Below, in pieces: positions 1-9,382 of a stretch of DNA of 33,778 bases. The notes beneath the pieces are model-generated. The model made no database searches. It was not told the DNA's origin and saw nothing but the letters and a program-made list of their open reading frames with translations. Position numbers and translations under genes: made by a program. Source of the stretch: Clostridiales bacterium (GTDB lineage: Bacteria; Bacillota; Clostridia; Peptostreptococcales; Natronincolaceae). Within the stretch, counting starts at the first letter, position 1. Each line of letters starts with the position of its first letter. The DNA lies in contig JAAZJW010000307.1 of the NCBI GenBank assembly GCA_012800145.1, positions 1 to 33,778 of the forward strand. The letters run 5' to 3'.

Positions 1-120
1 AAATATCAAGTTATTTAATCAATTTTTAAAATTTAACAAAGAATATATTTGAACAAAAATCTTACCAAAATCGGTAATATATATTAAAATACACAGTAAG
101 AAAACTTTTTTGGAGGTATT

Positions 121-1389
121 ATGAAAATTTTAGGTCTAATTACAGAATATAACCCTTTTCACAATGGGCACCTATATCACTTGAATAAATCCAAGGAAAT
201 CAGCAATGCAACACATACTGTAGCAATAATGAGCGGCAACTTTCTTCAAAGAGGGGAACCTGCCATTATGCACAAATGGGCACGTGCAAAAACGGCTATA
301 AAATCCGGTGTTGACTTAGTAATTGAACTTCCTACCCTTTACGCCTGTTCAACAGCGGAGATTTTTGCTTTCGGAGCCATCAGCCTACTTGACAATCTGG
401 GAGCTATTAACCACATCAGTTTTGGCAGCGAAATAGGAAACCTTAGTTTACTTTCGAAAATCGCCAACATATTAGCTAACCCTCCACCCCAATTTTCAAC
501 AATACTAAAAGAGTATATTGACTCGGGACTCATGTTTCCCGTTGCCCGTTCCCGAGCAATAACCATGTATTTTAAAAAAATAGAACATTATAAAACCGAC
601 AAACTGGTTCTGATAGACAACATTATGAAAAACCCCAACAATATTTTAGGTATAGAATACCTGAAAGCAATTAAACAACTCGGTAGTCAAATTACTCCTT
701 ATACTATCAGCAGAAAAACAACCTGTTATGGCAGCGAAAAAATCTATTCGGGCCCAATTGCAAGTGCTACCGCCATAAGAAAACACATGTTTGCCGGTAA
801 ACCTTTGTCAGACATCAACCATGTCATTCCGAACTCAACGTTTGATATTTTATCATCCAACATAAATGCCGGATTAGCACCTATTTTCAGCACCGATTTT
901 GAAAAATCCATTTTTACTATATTAAGGAGGAGCAGTTTGAACGATATAAAGAACGTTTTTGATGTTGTAGAGGGACTGGAAAACAGAATTTATCGATGTT
1001 CTGTTAATGTAAGCACCCTGGCAGAACTTTATAGTTGCATTAAAAGTAAACGTTATACATTAACAAGACTACAACGAATTCTGATGCATATTTTATTAAA
1101 CGTGGATAAAAATGACGTTTTTTATTGTAATGATAAAGGTGGCCCCCAATATGCTCGTATACTGGCCTTCAACACAAAAGGACGGGAAATACTCAGGGTT
1201 CTGAAGACTGCTTCCTCCATTCCCATAATATCTAACCTAAAATACTACCATCCTCAAAATAGGTCTGCACATAAAATGCTAGGTATAGATATACGTGCAA
1301 CAAATATATATTCCCTGGCCTTTAAAAATAGATCGGCTATTAAGGGACCTCTGGATTATACCACAAAGCCCTACTATGAAAATATCTAA
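121..1389 (+). CDS. tmcAL: tRNA(Met) cytidine acetate ligase TmcAL (YlbM/UPF0348 nucleotidyltransferase)
   Basis: 422-aa ORF with ATG at 121 and GGAGG at 112-116. N-terminal '[14 protein letters not shown]' is the HxGH nucleotidyltransferase signature typical of YlbM/TmcAL. It sits beside ylbJ, coaD and rsmD, as in the Bacillus ylb cluster. Confidence 0.85.
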   Translation: MKILGLITEYNPFHNGHLYHLNKSKEISNATHTVAIMSGNFLQRGEPAIMHKWARAKTAIKSGVDLVIELPTLYACSTAEIFAFGAISLLDNLGAINHISFGSEIGNLSLLSKIANILANPPPQFSTILKEYIDSGLMFPVARSRAITMYFKKIEHYKTDKLVLIDNIMKNPNNILGIEYLKAIKQLGSQITPYTISRKTTCYGSEKIYSGPIASATAIRKHMFAGKPLSDINHVIPNSTFDILSSNINAGLAPIFSTDFEKSIFTILRRSSLNDIKNVFDVVEGLENRIYRCSVNVSTLAELYSCIKSKRYTLTRLQRILMHILLNVDKNDVFYCNDKGGPQYARILAFNTKGREILRVLKTASSIPIISNLKYYHPQNRSAHKMLGIDIRATNIYSLAFKNRSAIKGPLDYTTKPYYENI

Positions 1390-1545
1390 GCTGTTATTTA
1401 CCGCAATATGAATAACACCCTGACCTATAAAATATATATTAAACTAGAGGTCAGAAATCAATGTGCCGATATATCATGGATTTTCAGCATTTTGACCCCT
1501 GGTCTCAGGTTTCCTATATAAATTCAATCACAAGGATGGGGTGTT

Positions 1546-2859
1546 ATGTTTTTAGATGTTATCTTATTTGTCGGGTTTATATTAATATGTATCCCTATTG
1601 CAAAATATTTTCGAAAATTTATAAATTATAGATTATATAAGACCCTCTCTGATTGCTTAGTTATGTTGATCGTACTTTTATTGGTGATTACCATAATGGT
1701 ATATCCGGCACAATCTGTGGAGGCGGCCTATAATGGGCTCGTTACATGGGCAACACTGGTAATTCCGGCCCTGTTGCCGTTCTTTATCGGCTCGGAGCTG
1801 TTGATTAACCTCGGTATTGTCAAATTTATAGGTATAATATTGGAACCGATAATGAGGCCTATTTTTAATGTTCCGGGAGAGGGGTCCTTTGCCTTCGTCA
1901 TGAGCATCACATCAGGATATCCGGTCGGGGCTAGGATTGTTTCTAAATTTAAATCAGATAAAATTTTGACCGGAATTGAAGCTCAAAGATTAATATCATT
2001 CTGTAGCACTTCCGGGCCCCTATTTATGATCGGTTCGGTATCTGTAGGCATGTTCAAGTCGCCAAAACTGGGCGCGTTTATAGCCATTTGTCACTATCTG
2101 GGAGCCATTATGGTCGGTATAATATTCAGTTTTTATAAAAAATCACCTAGGGATAATAAGCCTACCAAACAAAGAAAAAATTTAATTAAAAGAGCTTTTT
2201 CCACGATAAAAACAAGTTATAGCCAAAACCAACCCATAGGAGCTATTCTGGGCAATGCTGTCAAAAATTCACTAGACACCATATTGATGGTAGGGGGTTT
2301 TATAACCTTGTTTGCCGTTATTATACGTATGTTAAAACTTCTGAAAATAGCAGATTTGGCCGCTTCTATTGTGACCCTATTATCCCCCTTAAAAATACCT
2401 TCAACAGTTATCCATTCACTGATTGCCGGGCTTCTAGAAATAACCACGGGAACAAAATTCATTGCGGACAGTATGGGTATTGATTTGTCCACCAAGGTTG
2501 CCATTACCAGTTTCATAATAGGGTGGAGCGGCTTTTCCATCCATGCACAAGTTGCAAATATCCTGGAAAATACCGGTATAAAATCACATATATACATAAT
2601 TTCTAAAACCCTACATGGATTATTATCATCACTGACAGCATATATATTTTTTCCCGTTTTCAGCAACTATTTTTCCATATCATGCTCCGTATATAGTGTG
2701 TATCAACTAACGGATCCCTATAAAAGATTTCTATATAACTGCAAATTATCGATTGAATTGTTTATTGTAGTTTTAATAGGTTTACTTTTTTTATCCCTAA
2801 TGATTGCATCCCTGTTAAAAATCCAAAATTACTTTGCCCGTAGAAAAAGAATAAGATAA
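1546..2859 (+). CDS. ylbJ: Sporulation integral membrane protein YlbJ (nucleoside-recognition/Gate-domain polytopic membrane protein)
   Basis: 437-aa highly hydrophobic ORF with many predicted TM segments. The 'GSFAFVMSITSGYPVGA' and 'SGPLFMIG' segments resemble YlbJ-family proteins. SD-like AGGATGGGGTG lies just upstream of the ATG. Synteny with tmcAL and coaD supports the call. Confidence 0.75.
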   Translation: MFLDVILFVGFILICIPIAKYFRKFINYRLYKTLSDCLVMLIVLLLVITIMVYPAQSVEAAYNGLVTWATLVIPALLPFFIGSELLINLGIVKFIGIILEPIMRPIFNVPGEGSFAFVMSITSGYPVGARIVSKFKSDKILTGIEAQRLISFCSTSGPLFMIGSVSVGMFKSPKLGAFIAICHYLGAIMVGIIFSFYKKSPRDNKPTKQRKNLIKRAFSTIKTSYSQNQPIGAILGNAVKNSLDTILMVGGFITLFAVIIRMLKLLKIADLAASIVTLLSPLKIPSTVIHSLIAGLLEITTGTKFIADSMGIDLSTKVAITSFIIGWSGFSIHAQVANILENTGIKSHIYIISKTLHGLLSSLTAYIFFPVFSNYFSISCSVYSVYQLTDPYKRFLYNCKLSIELFIVVLIGLLFLSLMIASLLKIQNYFARRKRIR

Positions 2860-3309
2860 TTATTGTTTCATTCCTTTTAGTTCGTTTCTATTTTCCCTGA
2901 CGGTATTGATCAAATCTGTTAAATCCAGCTCAACAGATTCCAGCAAACCATCAACATAATCCTTTGCACCCAATCGCATTTCCTTGGCGCTATCCCGCGC
3001 TTGTGTAATTATTTTTTCTGCCTGGTCATTGGCCAGTTTAGTAATTTCACTCTGTTCAACCATTGATAAAATATGTTTGTTTGCCTCTTCCGAAATCGTG
3101 TCTGCTTCCTGCTGAGCTTCAGCCAATATACGCTGCCTTTCTTCCTTAATCCATTGTGCCTGTTTAATTTCGTCCGGGAGATGGATTCTGATTTCCTTAA
3201 TAATGTCCAGTATTTCCCCCTTATCAACCAGCACTTTTTGTACGAAAGGTACAGATGAGCAGTTTTCAATTATATCTTCCAATTCCTCAAGAAGTTTCAA
3301 TACATTCAT
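2860..3309 (-). CDS. Coiled-coil protein of unknown function (V-ATPase subunit G/H-like or ATP-synthase-b-like heptad protein)
   Basis: Uninterrupted 149-codon frame rich in E/K/Q/A heptads. ATG at 3309 lies 7 nt after GGGGGA; the ORF-track start at 3312 is a GTG one codon upstream. It is last in the asp23-fakA-recG-rsmD-coaD co-directional string. I recognise no catalytic motif. Confidence 0.75.
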   Translation of the reverse strand: MNVLKLLEELEDIIENCSSVPFVQKVLVDKGEILDIIKEIRIHLPDEIKQAQWIKEERQRILAEAQQEADTISEEANKHILSMVEQSEITKLANDQAEKIITQARDSAKEMRLGAKDYVDGLLESVELDLTDLINTVRENRNELKGMKQ

Positions 3310-3342
3310 CACACCGTCCCCCTTGTTATATGACCATTCAGT

Positions 3343-3822
3343 CTAACTTGAAAATTTTTCAATTACCTCCCTGCGAACATTTTCAGGTACTAGTCCTTTT
3401 ATACACCCGCCGAACCTGGCAACCTCTTTAACTATGCTTGAACTTAAATAGGAATACTCATTGCTGGTCATCAAAAATATTGTCTCAATATCAGGACACA
3501 GTTTTCGATTCATCAGAGCCATTTGAAATTCATACTCGAAATCCGATATTGCCCTTAGTCCTTTGATAATACTCACAGCCTGTTTTTGTTGTGCATATTC
3601 CACTAACAGTCCTGTAAAGGTGTCCACTGTCACATTGGAATAATTCATTACAGCACCCTTAACCTGCCTGAATCTCTCCTCCAAGGTAAATAAAGGGGTT
3701 TTGTTCGGGTTATATATTATAGATACAATTAAATGTTCACACATTTTAGAGGCCCTTTTAACTACATCCAGATGCCCGTTAGTGATTGGATCGAAACTGC
3801 CGGGATAAATTGCTACCCTCAT
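3343..3822 (-). CDS. coaD: Phosphopantetheine adenylyltransferase
   Basis: 'VAIYPGSFDPITNGHLDVV' (HxGH motif) and 'SSSIVKEV' are classic CoaD, and the length is 159 aa. The ATG directly follows the rsmD stop, with GAGGAGG inside the rsmD 3' end. Confidence 0.95.
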   Translation of the reverse strand: MRVAIYPGSFDPITNGHLDVVKRASKMCEHLIVSIIYNPNKTPLFTLEERFRQVKGAVMNYSNVTVDTFTGLLVEYAQQKQAVSIIKGLRAISDFEYEFQMALMNRKLCPDIETIFLMTSNEYSYLSSSIVKEVARFGGCIKGLVPENVRREVIEKFSS

Positions 3823-4383
3823 TTAATCCTCCTCCCCTAATCGATAAAAGGAAACCGCTGTGTCCCCATATCTATTAGTTCTATATTTTTTTAATTTATG
3901 TATGTTGTTCGGAGCCCCATCTTTTGCGTCGTGTTCCACAACTATTATGCCATCCGGTTGTAATATATTATAAGAAAGGATTGCTTCCAGGGTAGGTTCT
4001 ATAAATCCTTTTGAATATGGCGGATCTAAAAATATGATATGGGCCTTTATTTTATGTCGGCTCAGTTTCATTATACCATTTAATACATCTGCCCGAATTA
4101 CTTTAGAATTATTAATTAAATCAGTTTTATTAAGATTTTCCTTAATTATTTGAATACTGTTTTTATTACTATCTATAAAATATGCCTTGTCTGCGTTTCT
4201 TGATAAGGCTTCTATGCCTAAACCACCACTCCCTGCAAACAGATCTATTACAACACTACCGCATAACTCTCTTTGAATAATATTAAATATGGATTCCTTT
4301 ACCCTATCAGTAGTAGGTCTGGTATTTAAATCCTTGGATGTTTTTAAGGTGTGACCCCTTGCTTTCCCCGAAATAACCCTCAT
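3823..4383 (-). CDS. rsmD: 16S rRNA (guanine966-N2)-methyltransferase RsmD
   Basis: 'RVISGKARG', SAM-binding 'DLFAGSGGLGIEALSR' and 'FLDPPY' motifs. ATG at 4383 lies 9 nt after GGGGGA. The ORF-track start at 4392 is a TTG with no spacer to the SD. Confidence 0.9.
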   Translation of the reverse strand: MRVISGKARGHTLKTSKDLNTRPTTDRVKESIFNIIQRELCGSVVIDLFAGSGGLGIEALSRNADKAYFIDSNKNSIQIIKENLNKTDLINNSKVIRADVLNGIMKLSRHKIKAHIIFLDPPYSKGFIEPTLEAILSYNILQPDGIIVVEHDAKDGAPNNIHKLKKYRTNRYGDTAVSFYRLGEED

Positions 4384-4482
4384 ATGAATCAATCCCCCAT
4401 TCCAAGCCTTTATGCCGTTATCCCCTTTTAAATAATCCCCAACCCTTTTATCTGTTAAAATAATAACATATAGTTATTGCTT

Positions 4483-6546
4483 TCAGCTAAATGATAAGTG
4501 TTCCTCCTCAAGGTAAAACCTCTGCTCCAGTTTTTTTCTGAGCATTGGATAATCATCCAAAGTCAGGCCGGGGTCTATCATCATTATTTTTTCTATTTCT
4601 TTTTGCACTGTTTTTAATATAGTTATATGTTTAAATAAATCAGCTATCTTCAGTTCCGGCAAACCATGTTGTTTGGTTCCGAAAAATTCCCCAGGTCCCC
4701 TGATTTCCAGGTCCTTTTCAGATATAACAAATCCGTCCGTAGTATGTTGCATTATGTCCATACGCCGCTCTGAAATTTTCGATTGACTGTTGTTTATTAA
4801 AATACAATATGATTGATAATTGCTCCTCCCTACCCTTCCCCTCAACTGGTGAAGTTGAGTTAAGCCGAAACGTTCCGCACTTTCTATCACCATAACGGTT
4901 GCATTGGGAGTATCTACCCCTACTTCCACAACAGTAGTTGAGACCAAAACGTCTATGTCACCTTTCTTGAAACCATCCATTGTTTTTTCCTTTTCCTTAG
5001 TTGACATTTTTCCATGAAGAAGTCCAACATTATAGCCTCTTAATAAGTCCATAGAAAGCTCGTCGGCAATTTCTACGGCCGATTGAACATCCATATGCTC
5101 CGATTCCTCTATCAAAGGACAAACTACATAGGCTTGTCTCCCGTCATCCAGCTGTTTTTTCACAAAATCATAAATATTGTTTCTTTTATCAGAAGTACGG
5201 CTATAGGTTTTTACAGCTTTCCTTCCCGGCGGCAGTTGATCTATGATTGATATATCCAGATCGCCATATAAAATCAATGCCAAGGTTCTGGGAATCGGTG
5301 TTGCCGTCATGACTAAAACATGAGGATTTTTTCCTTTGTTGGCAAACATGGCCCTCTGTCTCACCCCAAACCTGTGTTGTTCATCTGTAATTACCAGAGC
5401 CAGACTGTAAAAATTCACACCTTCCTGGATAAGCGCATGTGTGCCTATCACTATGTCCGCCTCACCCGATTCTATTTCTTGTAATATTTTATTTTTTTCA
5501 TTCTTTGACAAGCTTCCCACCAGGAACACTACCTTAATTCCAAAAGGCCCAAGCAATTCCCTTATATGCAAGTAATGCTGTTCCGCTAATATTTCGGTCG
5601 GCGCCATAAGCCCACCCTGATGGCCGTTTATTACCGCTTTTAATAGAGACATTACAGCCACAATTGTTTTACCTGAACCTACATCTCCCTGCACTAACCT
5701 ATTCATCGGTATGTTTTTTTCCATGTCTTGGGATATCTCCTTGAAAACCCTTTCCTGAGCCTCGGTCAGTACAAACGGTAATCCTTCAACAAATTCATTT
5801 ATCTTATCATTATTTTTAAGAGCTACTCCTTTTCTGTTTTGCAACATCCCTTTTTTTATACTAAACAGCCCTAACTGTAAGAGAAAAAATTCTTCGAATA
5901 CCAATCTATATTTAGCTATTTTAAATGCTTGTACCGAGGCCGGGAAATGTATGTTGTGCAATGCAAATTTGATACCACAAAGTTTATTGTTTTGTATAGT
6001 TCCCTTAGGCAAATATTCCCTTGCAGAATCTCCCACTATTTGGAGTGCCCTTTTCTGTATCGAAATGAGCTCTTTTTGGCCCAAACCTTCAGTTGAAGGG
6101 TATATCGGGGTTATCCTTTGTCTGTTACCACCATGTATGTCCACTTTTTCTATAATAGGGTTAGCTACCTGTAATCCCTTGAAACCTTTTTTAACATCGC
6201 CGCTGACCATTACCTTCTGTCCCGGGATCAGTACCCTTTTTAAATATGATTTATTAAAAAACACAATTTCAATATCACCGGTTTCATCCCTAATATTGAA
6301 CTTGATTAACAACAAATTTTTTTTCGGTCTCAGTACATTAGCTCTCCCAGATATTTTTCCATAAAAGGTCGCTTTTTCACCCGGTCTCAAATTAATAATT
6401 TTTTGTATGTTTCTTCTATCATCATAACTCCTTGGCATATGCCACACCATATCTTCCACAGTGTTAATACCAAGACGTTTCAAAAGGTAGGATTTTTTAG
6501 GGCCGACCCCTTTAATATATTGAATGTCTTGTTCTAACCTATCCAT
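4483..6546 (-). CDS. recG: ATP-dependent DNA helicase RecG
   Basis: 687 aa. Walker A 'GDVGSGKT', 'DEQHRFG' box, 'MTATPIPRT', 'QLRGRVGR', and an N-terminal wedge/OB region. Confidence 0.95.
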   Translation of the reverse strand: MDRLEQDIQYIKGVGPKKSYLLKRLGINTVEDMVWHMPRSYDDRRNIQKIINLRPGEKATFYGKISGRANVLRPKKNLLLIKFNIRDETGDIEIVFFNKSYLKRVLIPGQKVMVSGDVKKGFKGLQVANPIIEKVDIHGGNRQRITPIYPSTEGLGQKELISIQKRALQIVGDSAREYLPKGTIQNNKLCGIKFALHNIHFPASVQAFKIAKYRLVFEEFFLLQLGLFSIKKGMLQNRKGVALKNNDKINEFVEGLPFVLTEAQERVFKEISQDMEKNIPMNRLVQGDVGSGKTIVAVMSLLKAVINGHQGGLMAPTEILAEQHYLHIRELLGPFGIKVVFLVGSLSKNEKNKILQEIESGEADIVIGTHALIQEGVNFYSLALVITDEQHRFGVRQRAMFANKGKNPHVLVMTATPIPRTLALILYGDLDISIIDQLPPGRKAVKTYSRTSDKRNNIYDFVKKQLDDGRQAYVVCPLIEESEHMDVQSAVEIADELSMDLLRGYNVGLLHGKMSTKEKEKTMDGFKKGDIDVLVSTTVVEVGVDTPNATVMVIESAERFGLTQLHQLRGRVGRSNYQSYCILINNSQSKISERRMDIMQHTTDGFVISEKDLEIRGPGEFFGTKQHGLPELKIADLFKHITILKTVQKEIEKIMMIDPGLTLDDYPMLRKKLEQRFYLEEEHLSFS

Positions 6547-6652
6547 TTACTAACACTCCAAATATTTTTTGCTTTTACTAAGAAGAACCCATAGGCCTGA
6601 GAACAGATTAAAACCTATCGAATAGTACATGCCAATGTGGTTCAAAGCGTCC

Positions 6653-8284
6653 TTACTCAACAGAAAGTATATAATAGTATAATGGTTGTCCTCCATAATA
6701 TAATTCGATATCTATATCTTCATATTTGTTGGTTAACTCTTCCAGTAATTCATTGGCTTCCTTTTCAGTTATATCGGAACCATAAAAAATAGTTATGATT
6801 TCACTTTCATCTGTTACCATTTTTTCTGCAAGATCTATACATACCTGTTTAACATCTTTTCCTACGGATTTTATTTCATCATCACAAATCCCTAAAATGT
6901 CCCCCTCAAGAATCTTCAGATCATTATAATCCGTATCCCTGATAGCATAGGTAACTTGACCTGTTTTAACCATTTTGATTGATTCTATCATCGTCTTTTC
7001 GTTGGCCTCCGGGGTAGCTTCAAGATCAAAGGACAACAGAGCCGCTAGCCCTTGCGGCACGGATTTTGAAGGAATTACAATGATATTTTTATCTGAAATA
7101 TCCCTAGCCTGATTAGCTGCCATAAATACATTGCCATTGTTAGGTAAAATAATTACTGTTTTGGCATTGACATTTTCAATGGCATTTACAAAATCCTCTG
7201 TACTTGGGTTCATGGTCTGACCACCTTCAATTACATGGACAAAAGCAAAATCTTTGAAGATTCTAATCAACCCTTCCCCCATTGTAACCACGATAAAACC
7301 ATATTTATCTATTTCCTCTTTATTTCCTATATTAGCCCCTTCTTCATTTTGCCTGAATACTTCATGTCTATGCTGTAGCCTCATATTATCTATTTTTATG
7401 TCACTTAATTGCCCCGTTTCCAATGCGTGCTCTATTATCCTTCCCGGATGATTAGTATGTATATGTACCTTTACAGCACTATCATTTCCAACAACCAACA
7501 TCGAATCTCCATATTCTTCTATAGTTTTCTTAAATTTATCGGTGTTCATATTGTCAGCATGAATTATAAATGCTGTGCAATACCCGAACTTTATCTCACC
7601 ATCAATTTTTTCTATATGATGGGTATAACCGTTATCCTCAATACTACTCTCTTCTAATATATGCACATCTTTGGTGATACTAGTCAACACACCTGAGTAT
7701 ATGTATACTAACCCTTTGCCCCCGGAATCAACAACCCCTGCATCCTTCAGTACCCCGAGCATTTCCGGTGTCCTATCAAGAGATTTTTCCGCCTCCACAA
7801 TGACCTTTTCCATAAAGGTTTTTATACTCTTTTCGGTCTTTGCAATTGTTAATGCCGCTTCTGCACTTTCCCTGGCAACTGTTAGGATAGTGCCCTCTAC
7901 CGGTTTCATAACCGCCTTATACGCAACATCAGAGGCGGTCATAAGGGCTTCAGCTAAACTTTTTGTATTAATTCTGGTTTTGCCTTTGACTCCCTTTGCA
8001 AACCCCCTAAAAAACTGAGACAAAATCACCCCAGAGTTACCCCTGGCACCCATCAATGATCCGTTGGCGGCAGCATTGGAAATATCTTCTAATGTATCTG
8101 TATTCGCTGTTTTTATTTCCCTGACCGCAGCCTGCATGGTTAACGACATATTTGTTCCGGTATCTCCGTCGGGAACGGGAAATACATTTAAGGAGTTGAC
8201 TATATCCTTGTTTTTTTCTAGAAATTGTGCACCTGATAGTATCATTTTCTTTAATAGTGGTCCATCAATATATTCTATTTCCAA
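6653..8284 (-). CDS. fakA: DAK2-domain protein YloV / fatty acid kinase ATP-binding subunit FakA
   Basis: 'LNVFPVPDGDTGTNM' Dak2 phosphate-binding motif and a C-terminal DegV-like/FakA domain. I place the start at TTG 8284, 9 nt after AAGGAGG (8294-8300) and downstream of the asp23 stop. The ORF-track ATG at 8353 would overlap asp23 by 50 nt. Confidence 0.85.
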   Translation of the reverse strand: MEIEYIDGPLLKKMILSGAQFLEKNKDIVNSLNVFPVPDGDTGTNMSLTMQAAVREIKTANTDTLEDISNAAANGSLMGARGNSGVILSQFFRGFAKGVKGKTRINTKSLAEALMTASDVAYKAVMKPVEGTILTVARESAEAALTIAKTEKSIKTFMEKVIVEAEKSLDRTPEMLGVLKDAGVVDSGGKGLVYIYSGVLTSITKDVHILEESSIEDNGYTHHIEKIDGEIKFGYCTAFIIHADNMNTDKFKKTIEEYGDSMLVVGNDSAVKVHIHTNHPGRIIEHALETGQLSDIKIDNMRLQHRHEVFRQNEEGANIGNKEEIDKYGFIVVTMGEGLIRIFKDFAFVHVIEGGQTMNPSTEDFVNAIENVNAKTVIILPNNGNVFMAANQARDISDKNIIVIPSKSVPQGLAALLSFDLEATPEANEKTMIESIKMVKTGQVTYAIRDTDYNDLKILEGDILGICDDEIKSVGKDVKQVCIDLAEKMVTDESEIITIFYGSDITEKEANELLEELTNKYEDIDIELYYGGQPLYYYILSVE

Positions 8285-8303
8285 CTGTTGGTACCTCCTT
8301 AGA

Positions 8304-8660
8304 TTACTTCTGAACCCTGACTCCCTGAACATTGATATTAACTTTCTTAACATTCATTCCCGTCAAATGTTCTATGTTATATTTTACCTTTTCTATAATA
8401 TTATTTGCGACTACAGATATGCGGGTACCGAATTCTACGATTACAAATATATCTATTGTTATTTCGTTTTCCTCAATGTGTACCTTTACGCCTCTTCCTG
8501 ATTGTTCCCTTTTGAGAAGCTCTACAAGTCCTCCTGCAGCAGACCTGGCTGCCATACCTACCACGCCATAACATTCCATAGTTGAAACACCTGCAATGGA
8601 TGTCAAGACATAATCATCTATTATAATAGTGCCCAAATTATTAATCAATTTACCAGGCAT
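8304..8660 (-). CDS. Asp23/Gls24-family envelope stress protein (YloU)
   Basis: 'IIDDYVLTSIAGVSTMECYGVVGM' and 'VNINVQGV' are typical of the Asp23 family. ATG at 8660 lies 7 nt after GGGAGG (8668-8673). It sits immediately upstream of the DAK2 gene, as in Bacillus and Staphylococcus. Confidence 0.9.
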   Translation of the reverse strand: MPGKLINNLGTIIIDDYVLTSIAGVSTMECYGVVGMAARSAAGGLVELLKREQSGRGVKVHIEENEITIDIFVIVEFGTRISVVANNIIEKVKYNIEHLTGMNVKKVNINVQGVRVQK

Positions 8661-8757
8661 CAAAAAACCTCCCTAATTTGTTTCTTCTTTATTATATTTA
8701 TTCCCTATTTCATTATAATATAGTTTCCGGTGGTAATCATATATAATATAATATTAC

Positions 8758-8786
8758 ATTGTATATGATTATCACGGATAGTTCAA
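8758..8786 (-). promoter_or_regulatory. Putative sigma-A promoter of the asp23-fakA-recG operon
   Basis: Minus strand: TTGAAC (8781-8786), 17-nt spacer, TACAAT (8758-8763). It overlaps one arm of a 10-bp inverted repeat. Confidence 0.4.
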
Positions 8787-8862
8787 TAGCAAACCATCAT
8801 TCCATAACCCCGCCGGGGTTTCCCAATCTGCAGGATTTTATGTTATTTTTTTAATATTAATA

Positions 8863-8891
8863 TTGCATAAATATGCTATATATGATAGTAT
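8863..8891 (+). promoter_or_regulatory. Putative sigma-A promoter of rpmB
   Basis: TTGCAT (8863-8868), 17-nt spacer, TAGTAT (8886-8891), about 45 nt upstream of the rpmB start. Confidence 0.5.
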
Positions 8892-8936
8892 TATTGTGTT
8901 TTGGAGGATGAATTAGGCTAAAGGGAGGTGTTCGTG

Positions 8937-9128
8937 GTGGCGAGAACATGCGAAATTTGCGGTAAAGGTAGAGTTTCAGGTAATAAAATCAGTCACTCAA
9001 ACCGTCACAGTAGAAGAACTTGGGAGCCTAACCTAAAAAGAGTTAAGGCCATGATAAATGGCACAGTGAAAAGAATTAACGTATGTACAGGATGTCTACG
9101 TTCCGGTAGGGTAAAAAGAGCCTTATAA
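8937..9128 (+). CDS. rpmB: 50S ribosomal protein L28
   Basis: 'ARTCEICGKG...SHSNRHSRRTWEPNL' is the L28 signature. GTG at 8937 lies 8 nt after AAGGGAGG (8921-8928). The ORF-track GTG at 8928 overlaps the SD itself. Confidence 0.95.
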   Translation: MARTCEICGKGRVSGNKISHSNRHSRRTWEPNLKRVKAMINGTVKRINVCTGCLRSGRVKRAL

Positions 9129-9134
9129 TTCATA

Positions 9135-9166
9135 TAAAAAAGCCCCATTTGATTGGTGGCTTTTTA
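9135..9166. terminator. Bidirectional rho-independent terminator (rpmB on plus, 55-aa ORF on minus)
   Basis: AAAAAAGCCCCA-TTTGAT-TGGTGGCTTTTT. GC-containing stem with one bulged T, flanked by an A-run and a T-run. It starts 7 nt after the rpmB stop. Confidence 0.6.
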
Positions 9167-9169
9167 TAT

Positions 9170-9337
9170 TTAACAGCCTGTCTTATACAGTAATAACCCT
9201 ATTGCTATAAGCAGACTGGCTACTAATAAAAACCATATTTGTAAGGGAATAGTATATAAAAATATTACTATCCCAATCAGTGCAGTTATCAGCCCGATAA
9301 GTTTGAGTGAAGAATGTCTCCTTCTTCTCTTAAACAT
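9170..9337 (-). CDS. Small (55 aa) predicted two-TM membrane protein; below the ORF-track length cutoff
   Basis: My own translation of the minus strand gives MFKRRRRHSSLKLIGLITALIGIVIFLYTIPLQIWFLLVASLLIAIGLLLYKTGC. AGGTG (9343-9347) lies 5 nt upstream of the ATG. A basic N-terminus is followed by two hydrophobic helices. The stop abuts a bidirectional terminator. Confidence 0.45.
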   Translation of the reverse strand: MFKRRRRHSSLKLIGLITALIGIVIFLYTIPLQIWFLLVASLLIAIGLLLYKTGC

Positions 9338-9382
9338 ACCTACACCTACTTTATAAGATATTATATTACTATACTATTCATA

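Noticed and set aside
1390-1545. Possible sigma-E promoter for ylbJ, and a CTGACCT...AGGTCAG hairpin after tmcAL. I also looked for sigma-F/G-like motifs upstream of the DUF5665-like gene (29112-29209).
   Set aside because: I could not get consensus-quality matches with correct spacing by eye. The hairpin lacks a U-tract and has a long loop. These are not supportable without a PWM scan.
2217-2666. 149-aa minus-strand ORF inside ylbJ. Similar antisense ORFs occur at 5951-6364, 7671-8018, 8064-8501, 12644-13063 and 24371-24838.
   Set aside because: All are embedded opposite strongly supported genes and lack start-site signals. I treat them as chance shadow frames.
3009-3269. 86-aa same-strand alternative frame inside the coiled-coil gene (very basic, K/R-rich)
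   Set aside because: Shifting the frame of a GAA/AAG-rich coiled-coil gene naturally gives Lys/Arg-rich open frames. There is no independent SD.
8908-8916. Two-codon mini-ORF (ATG AAT TAG) right after a TGGAGG in the rpmB leader
   Set aside because: The ATG directly abuts the SD-like sequence with no spacer. The real rpmB SD and start lie just downstream, so this is probably coincidental.
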